From assembly GCA_951406725.2 (NCBI GenBank), contig OX597826.1, positions 13,578,001 to 13,642,000 of the forward strand: a DNA stretch of 64,000 nucleotides. Direction: 5' to 3'. Below the pieces are notes generated by a model. The model saw only the letters and a program-made list of their open reading frames with translations, searched no databases and was not told the DNA's origin. Position 1 is the stretch's first letter. Each line of letters opens with the position of its first letter. Of this stretch, positions 13,335 through 26,211 are shown piece after piece. The stretch comes from Octopus vulgaris (lineage: Eukaryota). The position numbers and the translations under genes are program-made.

Positions 13335-13939
13335 TTAGGTGTAGGTGGATGGAGACTAACGGGAGGGGAGAAGGGGTTGTAGGGAGGGGCAGTGGGGTTA
13401 GGTGTGGGTGGATGGAGCCTATCGGGAGGGGAGAAGGGTGGTGGAGGAGTTGGGGTAGTGGCGTCGGGTAGGGTAGAATGGAAGAGTGATTGGAGTTTAC
13501 GAAGTTTGGTATCAGAAAGAAATTGATGGAAGAGTTGATTCAAATGGATAATGAAGCGTAGCGTGTTTGGAGCATAGAGAGGCGGCAGAGAGGAGAAGAA
13601 GGTGGAGAAAGCAGGAGGAAGAAGGCGGTTGATGGCATGTAGTTTGGAGAGATTGGAGCGAATGGTGGCCCGCATAAGGCGGTAAGATGTGGTGCGGAGT
13701 ATGGGTAAGATGGAAGAATCCGAGTGGAGAGCAGGGTGGAAGTGGAGGCGGAAACCTTTAGGGATGAGTCGGTGATGTAGGCAGCGGCTTAGGAAAGAGA
13801 CATGGCTAGAGAAGCGGGTTTTTTTAAAAAGAAGTAGAGAGAGATTAACGGACGGCTGAAGGCAATATACAGGAAGCGAACGTAGATGATCCTTCAAACG
13901 GTGATGGAGGGTGAGGAGGTAGGACCTAGGATCCGGCAT
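13220..13939 (-). CDS. N-terminal part of the same Penelope ORF (MPDPRSY...), in a different frame from the RT
   Basis: ATG at 13939. HVSFLSRCLHHRLIPKGFRL matches the typical PLE N-terminal motif. Pro-rich linker, then the frame switches by -1 somewhere in ~13220-13334 (lower bound approximate). Confidence 0.8.
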
Positions 13940-14665
13940 GATGGGATAACGGAAAAAAACGTTCGAAAAAACAAAAACAAAAAAAAACAAAAAACAAAAA
14001 TTATCGTATGAAAAAAATAGAAAAAAAGGATAGCGAAAAAAGGGGAAAAAACAAACGTTCAAAAAAACAAAAAAATAATAATCGTATGAAAAAACTAGAT
14101 AAGTAAGCGATAGGGGCAGAAAAGACGGGGCAAACGGAAAAGGGAAAGAAAGAAGGGAAGCAGAGAGAGGGGGAGGCAAAAAAAGGGGGTGCAGGCAGAG
14201 GAAACGGAGTATGGACATCCAGAGAGGGAAGAAAGACGGAAAGGAGAACAAAAATTCAGGAAAATGTGGAAAGCATGAAATGAATGTAAAAAAAGTGGTA
14301 ATATAAGAGAAAATAAAAATACAACAAACGGGACAGTTTATGCGAACAAGTTCAAGGTTGAAAGTTCAAGGTGAGAAATGTGTAGACGTCGTGGTATATT
14401 TTTTAAGGATTTCACATCAATGCAAAGTCACTTTGATCCGCGAAAGAGAGGTGCAGCCAATGGTAAGTATCCAAGAGGTAAAGAAAATCCAAGGTAGAGG
14501 TAAGTGTTGATAGTGGTATTGGTAGAATATAGGATGAAAGTGAGACCACGTGAGCGCATAATATATAACGGGAAGCTTTATGAAAATAAACAAAAGACGA
14601 AGGCAGGTGGAAAACAAACGAACAATTGTATTAGTATGGCGCTCAGGAAATATAAATAAAACAAG

Positions 14666-14703
14666 TCTTTAACGTTTCGAGCCTACGCTCTTCAACAGAA
14701 AGA
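14666..14703 (-). ncRNA. Minimal type I hammerhead-like motif, 5' pseudo-LTR (identical copy)
   Basis: Same sequence as 10129-10166, offset 4537 bp. Confidence 0.7.
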
Positions 14704-16037
14704 TACACACAGAGAGAAAACACAGAAAGAAGGAGAGAAAAAAAATGCGTGCAGTAGCTAACGAATCAACATGGCGATCTGATTTCGGCCAGAGGTCAAA
14801 GATCAAACATGAGACGCGAGAGCGAAATAAGGGGAGATAATAGGGTTGAGGGACCAGCTAAAAGTGCGTGGGAGGGGTCTGGATGTGTGTATGTATAGGG
14901 TTGGTGTATGTATTAGTATGTATAAGGGTGTGTGTGTGTGTGTGTGTGTGTGTATGAGAGAGTATTAGTGCGTAGGATTGGTCTGGACGTGCGTATGTAT
15001 GGGGTTGGTGTATGTATTAGTATGTATTAGTATGTATTAGTACGTATTGGTATGTATAGGTGTGTGTGTGTGTGTGTGAGAGAGTATAAGTGCGTATGCG
15101 GGGTCTGGACGTGTGTATGTATAGGGTTGGTGTAAGTATTAGTATGTACTAGTATGTATTAGTACGTATTAGTATGTATTAGTTGGTGTGTGTATTAGTA
15201 TGGCACATCATATGTGATGTGATGTGTAAAGTCATGTGGTGTAGTGAGGAGAAGAGGGGGAGGGGAGAAGAGGGGGAGAAGGGGAGGGGAAGAAGAGGGG
15301 GAGGGGATGGTGAAGAGGAGAGGATGGGGAGAAGGAAGGGGAGGAGAGGGATGAAGGAGGAAAGAGGGAGAGGGGGAGAGAGAGGGAGAGGAGGAGAGAG
15401 AAGGGGAGAGAGGGGAGAGAGGGAGTGAGGGAGCAGAGGGAAGGGGAAGAGGGAGGGAGAAAGAGGGAAGAAGGAGGGAAGAAGGGAAGGGGAGTAGGGG
15501 TGAAAGGATGAAGGACTGAAGAGGTAGTGGTCGGGGGAGAAAGGATAGGTGAGGAGGGGGGAGAGGGGGGTTAGATGAGGAGGGGGGAGAGTTGAGACCA
15601 AATGGCGTATAAGAGCGAAGAGAGAAGATTAATTCCTGTTCACGGCGCAAACGGGAATCCGGATGGCCTCTGTGTAAGGACAAACCGAACACAGATAGGT
15701 GTTGCAAGGAGTGACCGGTGGAGCGGAAATGGCGTGAGACCGGTGTGTCGTTCGCAAGGTGGATGTCACGAAGGTGTTCCGCGAACCGGTCAGCCAAGCG
15801 GCGTCCCGTTTGAACTACACGTGTTTCAGAATTGGAAGATTACAATATATATACATATACACAACTGTATACCTATATATGTATACATATATAAATACAT
15901 ATATGCAATCATTAGATTTACAATTATTCCAACACATCTTCAGGTTCTATTTCAAAATATTATATATCTAATTTTACATCCCATTAAATATAAGCAATAC
16001 AATGAAGCATTAAAGATTAAAAATTACGAATTAGAAA

Positions 16038-16337
16038 TCTTTATATATAAAAGTGAAGTTGTGTGTCTTTCTCCTACAATTTAGATTCCTAACTACTCCC
16101 ACATTTTGCGGTGCAGTTAAACCAAAAGCGGGTATCTTATAGTCGTGATTCATATCGAGCCCTTCCGGGTATTAGCGCGCGTCTACGATGAGTCTACGAT
16201 TTAAAAAAAAAATTACCATAATTTTTCCGCATTTTTAATGCATTTTCGCTCGGTTTATATAAGGGAAGTAACTCTCTATAAATGCTTATATAGTTATTTC
16301 CCTTACAAACCTGAGCAACGCCGGGCGATACTGCTAG
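16038..16337 (+). mobile_element. Non-autonomous Helitron, copy 1
   Basis: A|TCTTTATATATAAAAG...gagcaacgccgggcgatactgCTAG|T. TC/CTAG ends, A-T target, subterminal GC-rich hairpin. Confidence 0.85.
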
Positions 16338-16538
16338 TTAAGAATAAAAATTAAGAATGAAAATTGAGAATAAAAATACAAATTCAGAATGAAAAATTAT
16401 ACTTTGTAATATTAAGAATTAAATTTTTTAAATTATACATTATAAATATGAATTAGTATATATATCAATCATGACTGATACACTTCAATGTGCGCGCGCG
16501 CACACGTGTGTATATGTATGTATCAATATTTATGTATA

Positions 16539-17120
16539 TACGAGGTGGTATCAAAAGTTTTCCGGACTAGTTCTGGTGCGCGCCAACAGATGGCAGCAAA
16601 CGGTTGCGTGCTCAGTGAGAGCTAGCAGTATCCTTCATGAGCCAGTGTGCCAAGTGACATCGGTCTGTTCATTTCGCAAGTTGTGACATTTGTGATACCC
16701 TGTATGCCGTAAGTGTGCCATTTTGTCATGGACAGTAAGTTGGAGCAAAAAGCCAACGTGAAACATTGCGTTAAACTTGGGAAGTCTGCTACGAAAACGT
16801 TGAACATGTTTCGGCGACGCAGTGTTTCGGGTGGGACGGGCGCTTAAAAAGTGAAAGACGATGAGCGATCTGGAAGATCGGCCACATGCCTCACCTCCGG
16901 AGTTGTGGCGAAAATTTATCAGCTTGTGCATGAAGATCATCGGAGGACAACCAACGACATGCTATCCAGCCACTGAGCAGAAGCAACATCGCATCGAAGT
17001 CTGTCAAGATCTCCGTCAGAATGCCGCTGGATGACCCATCTTTCATGTCGAGGATTATCACCGGTGACGAGAGTTGGGTCTACGGCTACGACCCAGAGAT
17101 GAAGCAGCAGTGGTCACAAT
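16539..17120 (+). mobile_element. mariner transposon relic (5' part)
   Basis: TA|CGAGGTGG TIR-like start. MDSKLEQKANVKHCVKLGKSATKT; DDPSFMSRIITGDESWVYGYDPEMKQQ. Confidence 0.85.
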
Positions 17121-18736
17121 TATCATCGTGGTTTCGCGACATTATCATTGGGACATTTTCATTCTGCCGGCGCCACAATGATATTTTGGTTCATTGACTG
17201 ATGAGGAAAAGTAATCTGCGAATATTCCGTGTATCGTGTCTTTGTCTATATTTCCTGTCCGTTAAGTTGTCTAGTTTCCGTTTTCTCTGCTTTTGTCTAA
17301 CTTTTTCCCTTCGTTGTGTTCTGTCAGTTCAACTCTTGAGACATCTACGTAGCGCAACGCACACCCTGTTTGTTTACTGTATATATATGTGCATGAGTGT
17401 GTATAGTTATGTATATATGTATGTATATATGTGTGCATGTATGTATGCATGTAATTAGGATACGTACATACATACATATATTGCTCTTTTTTCTTCGTTT
17501 CTCTGCCCACCTTGTTGTTTCTATACAAAGACTTCTCATACAATTACACGAGATGTTATCAGAATGCTTTTCAGACAGCACGTGTTGCAATTCTACTGTT
17601 CTACGGAAATACATTCGCTGACTAAGATCTCTAATCCCTAGACTTCTGTGGTATTTTTCAAAAAGTTCATACTACTCATTAACAGCCTTGCGATTCTACG
17701 ATCCTTCCAACGTTCTATGAAGACATTCCATGGAAAGCAAAAGCAAAAGCGCCCCTTCAAATCGGCGAGTGAAATTCAGACGGAATCGCAGACAGTATTA
17801 ATGGGCCTTCAAGAAGAAAACTGGTTTCTAAGGCATGGAAGGATACGTTTCCATCCTAATGGGACTGTTTCGGATGGGATGCTACCAAAATATAAATAAC
17901 ATATTAAATATGCTATTTGATGAAGCACTCGACTACTTTTTCAGATGCCTCTCACTTCGGCATATATACACAGGCAAACATATACCCGCACTCAAACATA
18001 TATCATACATACATGAATTCATACACCTATATATTTACAAATCCATAAATAATGACGTAGATTTCTATGTATATAAAATTGGTTAAAACGTGAAGTTCAT
18101 AGCAGTGTAGTTAAAAATACAGTAAGAAGCAGCAAAGCAGGTGACTGTGTAGTAAGAAGCTTACTTCGAAACAACGTTATTCCGGGTTCAGTTCCACTAC
18201 GCGGCACATTGGGCAAGTGTCTTCTACTATAGCCCCGGGTTGACTAAAACTTTCTGAACGGATTTGAAAGATGGAAACTGAAAGAAGCTCGTCGGATTAC
18301 GAGTGTGTGGGTACGTGTGTGTGTTTGTATTTTTCTCTGTCCCCACCCACCGCTTGATAACTGAAGTTGAACTGCTTATTAAATGTCACCGATAGAATAA
18401 GTACAAGGCTCCAGGAAATAAGTACTGGGGTCGAGTCGTTTGACTTAAAACCCTCGAAGATGATGCTCCCGCATGGTTGCAGTTCAATTACTGAAATATG
18501 TCGAAGATACACACACACATAGGTCTTGCGACGTATTACAAAGTAATATCAGACCCCGCAGCATATAATTGAAGATAATGCACAGCACTGTAGAATGCTT
18601 TCACGGTCTAGAACTGTATCTTCGAAAACCATTTCCACAGTAACCGACGAAATAGCTGTGCGATTAAGATACTAAAACAAAGAGGAGAACGTAATTAAGA
18701 TTATGAGCTGGAAAGTTTGCTTCTGCGTTCCTGATA

Positions 18737-19120
18737 TCTTTATATATAAAAGTAAGGTTGTGTGTCTGTCTCCTACGATTTAGATTGCTAACTACTCCCA
18801 CATTTTGCGGTGCAGTTTAACCAAAACCGGGTATCTTATAGTCGTGATTCGTATCGAGCCCTTCTGGGTACGATGAGTCTACGATTTAAAAAAAAATTTA
18901 CCATCATTTTTTTCCATTTTAATGCATTTTTTTCGCTATTATATAAGGGAAGTAACTCTCTGAAAATGTCTACGATGAGTCAACGATTTTAAAAAAAAAT
19001 TACCATAATTTCTTTCCATTTTTAATGCATATTTTTGCTATTTTTTGGCTATAACTCTCTAAAAATGCTTATATAGTTATTTCCCTTACAAACCCGAGCA
19101 ACGCCGGGCGATACTGCTAG
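18737..19120 (+). mobile_element. Non-autonomous Helitron, copy 2
   Basis: Same termini and body. Internal subrepeat duplicated. Confidence 0.85.
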
Positions 19121-19794
19121 TCATATAAATATCTACAACACTTTGGCATCAAAACACATACACAACCTCCGAGGACCAAAGAACAGGATCTTTCAAATCC
19201 GATTTCTTAAACATGATAGACAGCACACCCTTACGTAAGTATATCTTCGAAAATAAACTGAGCACTGACAAGAAAGGTATTAAGAATTTAACAAAGACAA
19301 ATTTTTTTGTATTCTCTCTTTTACCTTTTTACTCTTACTCTTTTACTTGTTTCAGTCATTTGACTGCAGCCATGCTGGAACACCACATTTAGTCGGGCAA
19401 ATCGACCCCTGTACTTATTCTTTGTAAGCCTAGTACTTATTCTATAGGTCTCCTTTGCTGAATCGCTAAGTTACGGGGATGTAAACACACCAGCATCGGT
19501 TGTCAAGCGATGTTGGGGGGACAAACACAGACACAAACATATACACACACATACATATTTATATATATGTACATATATACGATGGGCTTCTTTCAGTTTT
19601 CGTCTACCAAATCCACTCACAAAACTTTGGTCATCCCAAGGCTATAGTAGAAGACACTTGCCCAAGGTGCCACGCAGTGGGACTGAACACAGAGCCATGT
19701 GGTTAGTAAGCAAGTTATTTACCACACAGCCACTCCTACGCATGGTTAATCTAGAAAATACACTTAGAAATAGTAGTACTTAGAAATATTAATA

Positions 19795-19924
19795 TTAGGT
19801 TGTCCCAAAAGTTCGTAAGCACTTGCGAAATTTGAATTTTTACTCGCCAAGCACTAACAAAAACAACAAAAATTATTCCTCAAAATCAAGACATTTATGT
19901 TTACGAACTTTTGGGACAACCTTA
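19795..19924. mobile_element. mariner-derived MITE
   Basis: TIR aggttgtcccaaaagttcgtaa / ttacgaacttttgggacaacct. TA flanks. Confidence 0.8.
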
Positions 19925-21078
19925 TATTACTCCAAATTATAAACCGATTAATCTAAACATTTACTGATCGATAAACAAGGGACATTTGGCTAAAACAATG
20001 GAATCTCATAGCAGGTTATATTGTGTAACTAAACAGGAAATGCATATTGCGTTTAAAGATCTCAAAGAGAACTACTCGTTTCTCACTGGATTATACATAA
20101 AATGGCGTAGCTACAGATGTGCCCTCCAAAAGTTTCAACAAAATCGTTTCAGATAGGTTAGATTATGATTATATCAGAATTTTATGCGAAAATTAATACA
20201 GGGAAAAGTAATTCATGCACCTCCTTAAGATGTATGAGGAAACAAAGTCGAGGTGTATGAATAATACGACGTCACCCTCTTCTTTTTTCACATCAAATTC
20301 TGACATAACCGTTATGTACACTTCCTGAAACATAGTTTGAGAAAATTTTAATAAAAAATATTCATGTTTCAGATAGATAACGAGGAAATAAATTCGAGGC
20401 GTGTGACATATCCAAAACTTTTTGCCCCACTTTCCGTGAAAGTTTTTCCCCACAAATTCTGAAATAACCCAAATCTACAAAATTTAAAATGCATTACGAA
20501 AATTCCATAAAAAATATGTATATTTCGGAAAGTTATAAAAGAAACAAAATCGGTTGGACACACATTTGCAGTTATGGCCATAAAATTCGAAGTTCAAGCC
20601 TTGTGACATCGTTTTACATTCATTTGGCCCTGGAAATACGTTAAGTATGAGCTTGTCTGTGACACACTAAGGCACTTACTCTTTAATTTCACGAGAAGAA
20701 ATTCGACTGGTTGACAACTGAAAACTCACGAGAGAAGACGAATGAGACACCACAATTTGTAGTTGAAGTATTATCTTCCTGGCAGAGGAACTTAGTTGCA
20801 TTAAAGTAATAGATCGTCGAACCTTGTAGAATGGTTACAAATGGATCGGGAGTGAAGAAGAAACCTAGTTGCGGGAATGTTTGAGCACTTTTTAAAATTT
20901 GTTTGAATGTCTAGTTGACAACCTTATTTGAGAATAGTTCAAGATTCATACGCGTGTTAGGTATTTTGGAACATATATTTTCACAGTCAATAGCAAATTA
21001 CTAATACATCAAACAGTTTGGAAATTTGGAACAAAAAATCATTATACTAAAGTTTGTTTCGAACAAAAATACGTACGA

Positions 21079-21115
<37 letters not shown>

Positions 21116-21116
<1 letters not shown>

Positions 21117-21360
21117 GTTCAGCAAAATTTAGATTCAAATGAATATGGTACTTAAGTTAGATGCACCAGAATTTTGTATGGTGTTATCCATATAAACACA
21201 TGGGGTGATTATAATCAAAATAAGCAGCAAGATAAATATATGTATTGATGGAAATCCTCTATAAATGGCTGATGATTGCTCAACATTTTAAAACTGTTGT
21301 AATACTTATAATGTTTAATAAAAATGATGTAGCATGAAACGATCGTACCAAATTACCGAA
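21116..21360. mobile_element. Internally inverted fragment of the same family as 32340-32575
   Basis: 21128-21232 is the reverse complement of tail 32460-32568 (agattca.atgaatatggtacttaagtt; aatcaaaataagca.caag), while the hammerhead is on +. (TA)n both sides. Confidence 0.7.
21266..21350 (+). ncRNA. Type I hammerhead ribozyme with long helix II
   Basis: UGG-CUGAUGA-[60-nt hairpin]-GAAAC-GAUC-GUA-CCA. Homologous to 32363-32450. Confidence 0.7.
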
Positions 21361-21373
21361 AAAAAATATATAT

Positions 21374-21423
<50 letters not shown>

Positions 21424-21486
21424 GAGTGAGTAAACAAACCAAGGAAAGTAGCGCACAAAATGTTTCATGTGGTTTTTATGGATATA

Positions 21487-22525
21487 TAAGGGTATATGTC
21501 ATAACTCCTGATTCTGGAAGTTATTAAAATAAAATCAGGGATTGAACAGTCACATCATTTTCGACATAGTCTCCTTTCTTTTCGATAACTTCCTCCAGCG
21601 GTCCACAAGCTTGCTTATTCCATAGGTAAAGAAAGTTTTCGACTGGTCTCGCAGCCACTTCATACACCGCTTTCTGCGCTTTTTATACCGTAACAAATTG
21701 ATGATCTCGTTTGAGGCGATGTTTGAGTGATCCAGAGAGGTGATAGTCTGAAGGTACGAGATATGTACTCTATTCTAGCAGCATGAAACCCAATTTTTCA
21801 ATGGTTTTAACAGTGTGGGCGACCATACGTGATCTTATACAGTCGTGCAACAATAAAAATTTCTTTGACAACAGAATTCGGAGCTGGTTTTAGTTTGTTG
21901 GCTAGCATTTCGCTTTAGGTCGACACTAGTGACTGTAAACCCTTTTTCCCGGATATGTTCAAATGTGGACCCTTTTGCATCCGCCTTTTGGGTTTTGCCG
22001 CAAAGTCATGGAGCCAGGTCTCATCTCCTGTGACTATTTTCTCCTATAAAGCTTCTCCTTAATTGTCGTAGCGTTCGAGTAAGCATTGACAGATCTCTAC
22101 ACGATTGCGCTTTGGTAAACTCTCTTGGCACCCGTCTCGCACAGACTTTACGGAAGCGCAGCTTGTCGTGAATGATTTCGTAGAACCATGACTAGACCAT
22201 GCACCTCATCACAGAGAACATACACTTCATCGATGATCACCGGTCAGTTCGCCAGAACCATTTGCCGAGCTAGTTGATTCTTCACGTCAGTGTTGAAGGT
22301 TGGTGGGTCTCCTGCTACCGCTTCGTGTTTCACGCTTGCCCGGCCATTTTAAAACCTCCCGAAGAACTCGTACACACTTCTACGTAGTTGAGCGCTGTTC
22401 CCATATTGTACTGAACGTCTGCGATGAATTTCATCCCCCTGACACATAGTCAGACGAGAGAAATCGGATCACTAATCTCTGTTCTTCTTGGTGCACACTG
22501 CTAGCGGAACAGTCAAGTTTACACT
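21487..22525 (-). mobile_element. mariner transposon relic
   Basis: Broken frames give VTGDETWLHDF, VPSDYHLSGSLK, GISKLVDRWRK. Boundaries approximate. Confidence 0.8.
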
Positions 22526-22800
22526 GTAACCCCCCCACCCATCCAACAAGTAAAGAAAACTGGGATATTCAAGGCCAAAGTTCGGTTATGTAATCACAAG
22601 AGTGGGGCCAACCCTAAGAAAGCGATAGAATAAGTACCAGGCTTATAAATATTTGTACTTGGGGTCGATTCGTTCGACTAAAATTCTCAAAGGTTGTGCC
22701 TCACCATGGCCGCATTCCAATGACTAAAAGACGTCCGAGAAATGCATGTATGTATTGCGGCGGAGGGTATTTTATACAAGTTGTTCGGGAGGTTTTAAAA

Positions 22801-23040
22801 TGGCAGCGAGCTGGCAGAAACGTTAGCACGCCGGGCGAAATGCTTAGCGGTATTTCGTCTGCTGCTACGTTCTGAATTCAAATTCCGCCGAGGTCGGCTT
22901 TGCCTTTCATCCTTTCGGGGTCGATAAATTAAGTACCAGTTACGCACTGGAGTCGATGTAATCGACTTAATCCGTTTGTCTGTACTTGTTTGTCCACTCT
23001 GTGTTTAGCCCCTTGTGGGTAGTAATGAAATAGGTATTTA
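22801..23040 (+). mobile_element. Same SINE, monomer (other monomers/relics: 2680-2910-, 6770-6965-, 25750-25983-, 27590-27770-, 40480-40670-, 50490-50635+, 63066-63298+)
   Basis: Shared head and gcctttcatcctttcggggtcgataaattaagtaccag body. Confidence 0.85.
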
Positions 23041-23440
23041 TACACAATTTCGCGTTTTGCATATGCATGTACGGATTTTTTGGCGAGTTCTCACTTCCTA
23101 ATAAAGAATGTTTTAATTGGTAAAATATTTAAGAAAGGAATGGAATAATGACAAAATAACTTTGCCTGATGTAAATATACATATTATTTCGCCACAACAT
23201 GTGTGAATTATACATAGATTTATTAAACAATAATATTACACTGGCTTCATTTCTTAACCATTAATTTTATTTATTTAAACAAAGTAAAAATATCGCTGCC
23301 AACAATAACATCTGTAAATTCCCGCCACTTCACTCGTTGCTCCCCTCCCAATACGACGATTCGTTCTTTCTTTCTTTCTTTTATCTCTTTAATTTGTTTT
23401 TCCTAGTATTCTTTGTTTTTGCGTTCTTGAATAATGTGTG

Positions 23441-23621
23441 TACATACATACATACATACATACATACATACATACATACATACATACATACATACATACA
23501 TACATACATACATACATACATGCATACATACATGCATACATACATGCATTCATATATACATACATATATATATACACATGTTATGCATATATATATATAT
23601 ACATATTATATATATATATAT

Positions 23622-23671
<50 letters not shown>

Positions 23672-24278
23672 GTATGTATTTATGTATGTATATACATATA
23701 TATATGCATACACATATACAAATACATACTTACATATATACATGCATACCTACCTACCTACCTACATACATACATACACACATACATACATGCATGCATG
23801 CATGCATACATACATACATGCATACATACATACATACATACATACATACATACATACATACATACATACATACATACATGCATGCATGCATGCATACATG
23901 CATACATACATACATACATACATACATACATACATACATACATACATACATACATACATACATACATGCATACATATATTAAGGGAACCAGACAAAGAAA
24001 GTGTATGCTTATGAACTCGCGCGCGCACGCCTGTGGTGTTACACCATATCTCTCAACAGTCCCTTTCTGTTCAGTCCCCCCCCCTCTACTGGTTTTTTGT
24101 CCAATTTCCTTCTCTTTCTCTTTCTCCCTCCCTTTCCCTTCACATTAATTCCTCCTCGAAGCATCTGGTATTCTTCAGCGACTGACGGTTTTGCATTGCC
24201 CTGCCTCATAGAATTAAATGCAACAGGGGTGGAAATTATACTAGAACGAATCACACCCATCACGCTTAATATATACAT

Positions 24279-24327
<49 letters not shown>

Positions 24328-24430
24328 TGTATGTGTATGAATATACGTATGCATGTGTATTTAATATGTATATATACTTGTGCGTGCATACATACACACA
24401 TACCAAATGGATACATAAATACACTATATA

Positions 24431-24479
<49 letters not shown>

Positions 24480-24567
24480 GTATGTATATATATATACATA
24501 CATATACATACATACATACACATACATACATACATATATACTTATATATATACATACATATATATAT

Positions 24568-24616
<49 letters not shown>

Positions 24617-24617
24617 C

Positions 24618-24651
<34 letters not shown>

Positions 24652-24680
24652 TGTATGTATGTATGTATGCATGTATGTAT
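23441..24680. repeat. (TACA)n/(TA)n/(CA)n microsatellite field
   Basis: Direct inspection. Confidence 0.9.
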
Positions 24681-25215
24681 GTGTACACAGATTTAAGCAT
24701 TGCATACTTATATAATTCGCTATTTAGATTTTACGCATCTATATACGTCTGTTTAAATAGCATTGTTTTTATTAAAAAAAGTAAATAGCATTAATATAAT
24801 TAGCTTCTGACATGTTTGGTAATAAATTGCATAATGATATGCCCGAAATTTTACTACAACTGTTTTTAATAACAATTTATGATTCATATGTTAAAGAATT
24901 ATAACTCGATTCATGTTGGATGTCTGCTACATTTTACTTATGTGTTTGTTTGTCTATCACTACCTGTGACATCTACTTTCAAGTTTAGTTTGATGATGTG
25001 TTTATTGAAGTTGTTCCTGAATATAGACATGGATTTCATCATCCAATCATTGATGGTTAATTCGTTTCGTTTAAAGAGACAATAACGCAGCAGTTATGGG
25101 AAATTATGAAATTGTAACGAATTAAAATATGGCTGGTTGTCTTTTTTCTGACTGTTATAGTGTCTCTAAATTGATATTAACAAGCTCGTAACACTAAAAA
25201 ATTTCGAAATTTATA

Positions 25216-25592
25216 TCTTTATATATAAAAGTAAGGTTGTGTGTCTGTCTCCTACGATTTAGATTCCTAACTACTCCCACATTTTGCGGTGCAGTTTAAC
25301 CAAAACCGGGTATCTTATAGTCGTGATTCATATCGAGCCCTTCTGGGTATTAGCGTGCATCTACGATGAGTCTACGATTTTTTTCCATTTTAATGCATTT
25401 TTTCGCTATTATATAAGGGAAGTAACTCTCTAAAAATGTCTACAATGAGTCAACGTTTTAAAAAAAAATTTACCATAATTTTTTTTTCCATTTGTAATGC
25501 ATTTTTTTGCTATTTTTTGGCTAAAACTCTCTAAAAATGCTTATATAGTTATTTCCCTTACAAACCCGAGCAACGCCGGGCGATACTGCTAG
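25216..25592 (+). mobile_element. Non-autonomous Helitron, copy 3
   Basis: Same termini and body. Confidence 0.85.
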
Positions 25593-26211
25593 TTGTATAT
25601 AAACGAGGCTCTATTGAGGTTATGCCTCTTTGAAGATCATTAGCAATGAAACCAAACTGAATAGAAACTTCTTTAAAATCACAGCAAGTCACATATTTAG
25701 CATTTACTCCAAATCACTAGCAAAATTATCTGATAGTAATGACTTTATACCTATTTCTTTACTACCCACAAGGGGTTAAACACAGAGGGGACAAACAAGG
25801 ACAGACAAACGGATTAAGTCGGTTATATCGACCCCAGTGCATAACTGGTACTTAATTAATCGACCCCGAAAGGATCAGAGGCAAAGTCGACTTCGGCGGA
25901 ATTTGAACTCAGAACGTAACGGCAGTCGAAATACAGCTACGCATTTCGCCCGGCGTGCTAACGTTTCTGCCAGCTCGCCACCTTTTAATGACTTTATATA
26001 TCGATACAAGACCACACGTACTTTTAATGGGGATTATTTTTTTTTATTAAATTGAGTTTATTATATCATAGTTTTTATCGACATCAGAGAAATAAAAGAC
26101 AAAGGCGAACTGATATGAAATGAACTCTTATCCAAAAGAGATGAAACTTTACCGTTTAGTATACTCTGAATTGTATAGAAAGGGCATCCAATAACAGAAA
26201 CTATGCAATAA

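Larger units (their letters stand above)
10031..15812 (-). mobile_element. Penelope-like retroelement (Neptune-type), one full 4537-bp unit plus a 5'-truncated upstream copy forming pseudo-LTRs
   Basis: Near-identical direct repeats 10031-11273 and 14568-15812. RT and GIY-YIG coding region between/within them. 3' end abuts (TA)n. Hammerhead motif in each repeat. Confidence 0.95.

Noticed and set aside
11063-13382. Plus-strand ORFs overlapping the Penelope ORF
   Set aside because: Antisense shadows caused by G-rich skew; no motifs.
13940-14251. Phe-rich N-terminal extension of the 429-aa ORF
   Set aside because: T-rich leader read from a non-ATG start. PLE similarity begins after ATG 13939.
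10031-15812. LTR retrotransposon
   Set aside because: Repeats include coding sequence, lack TG..CA ends/PBS, and there is no integrase or protease. The RT is Penelope-type.
23337-24788. Long YIHT/MYVC ORFs (also 43543-44565, 38072-38547 etc.)
   Set aside because: (TACA)n/(TA)n microsatellite artefacts.
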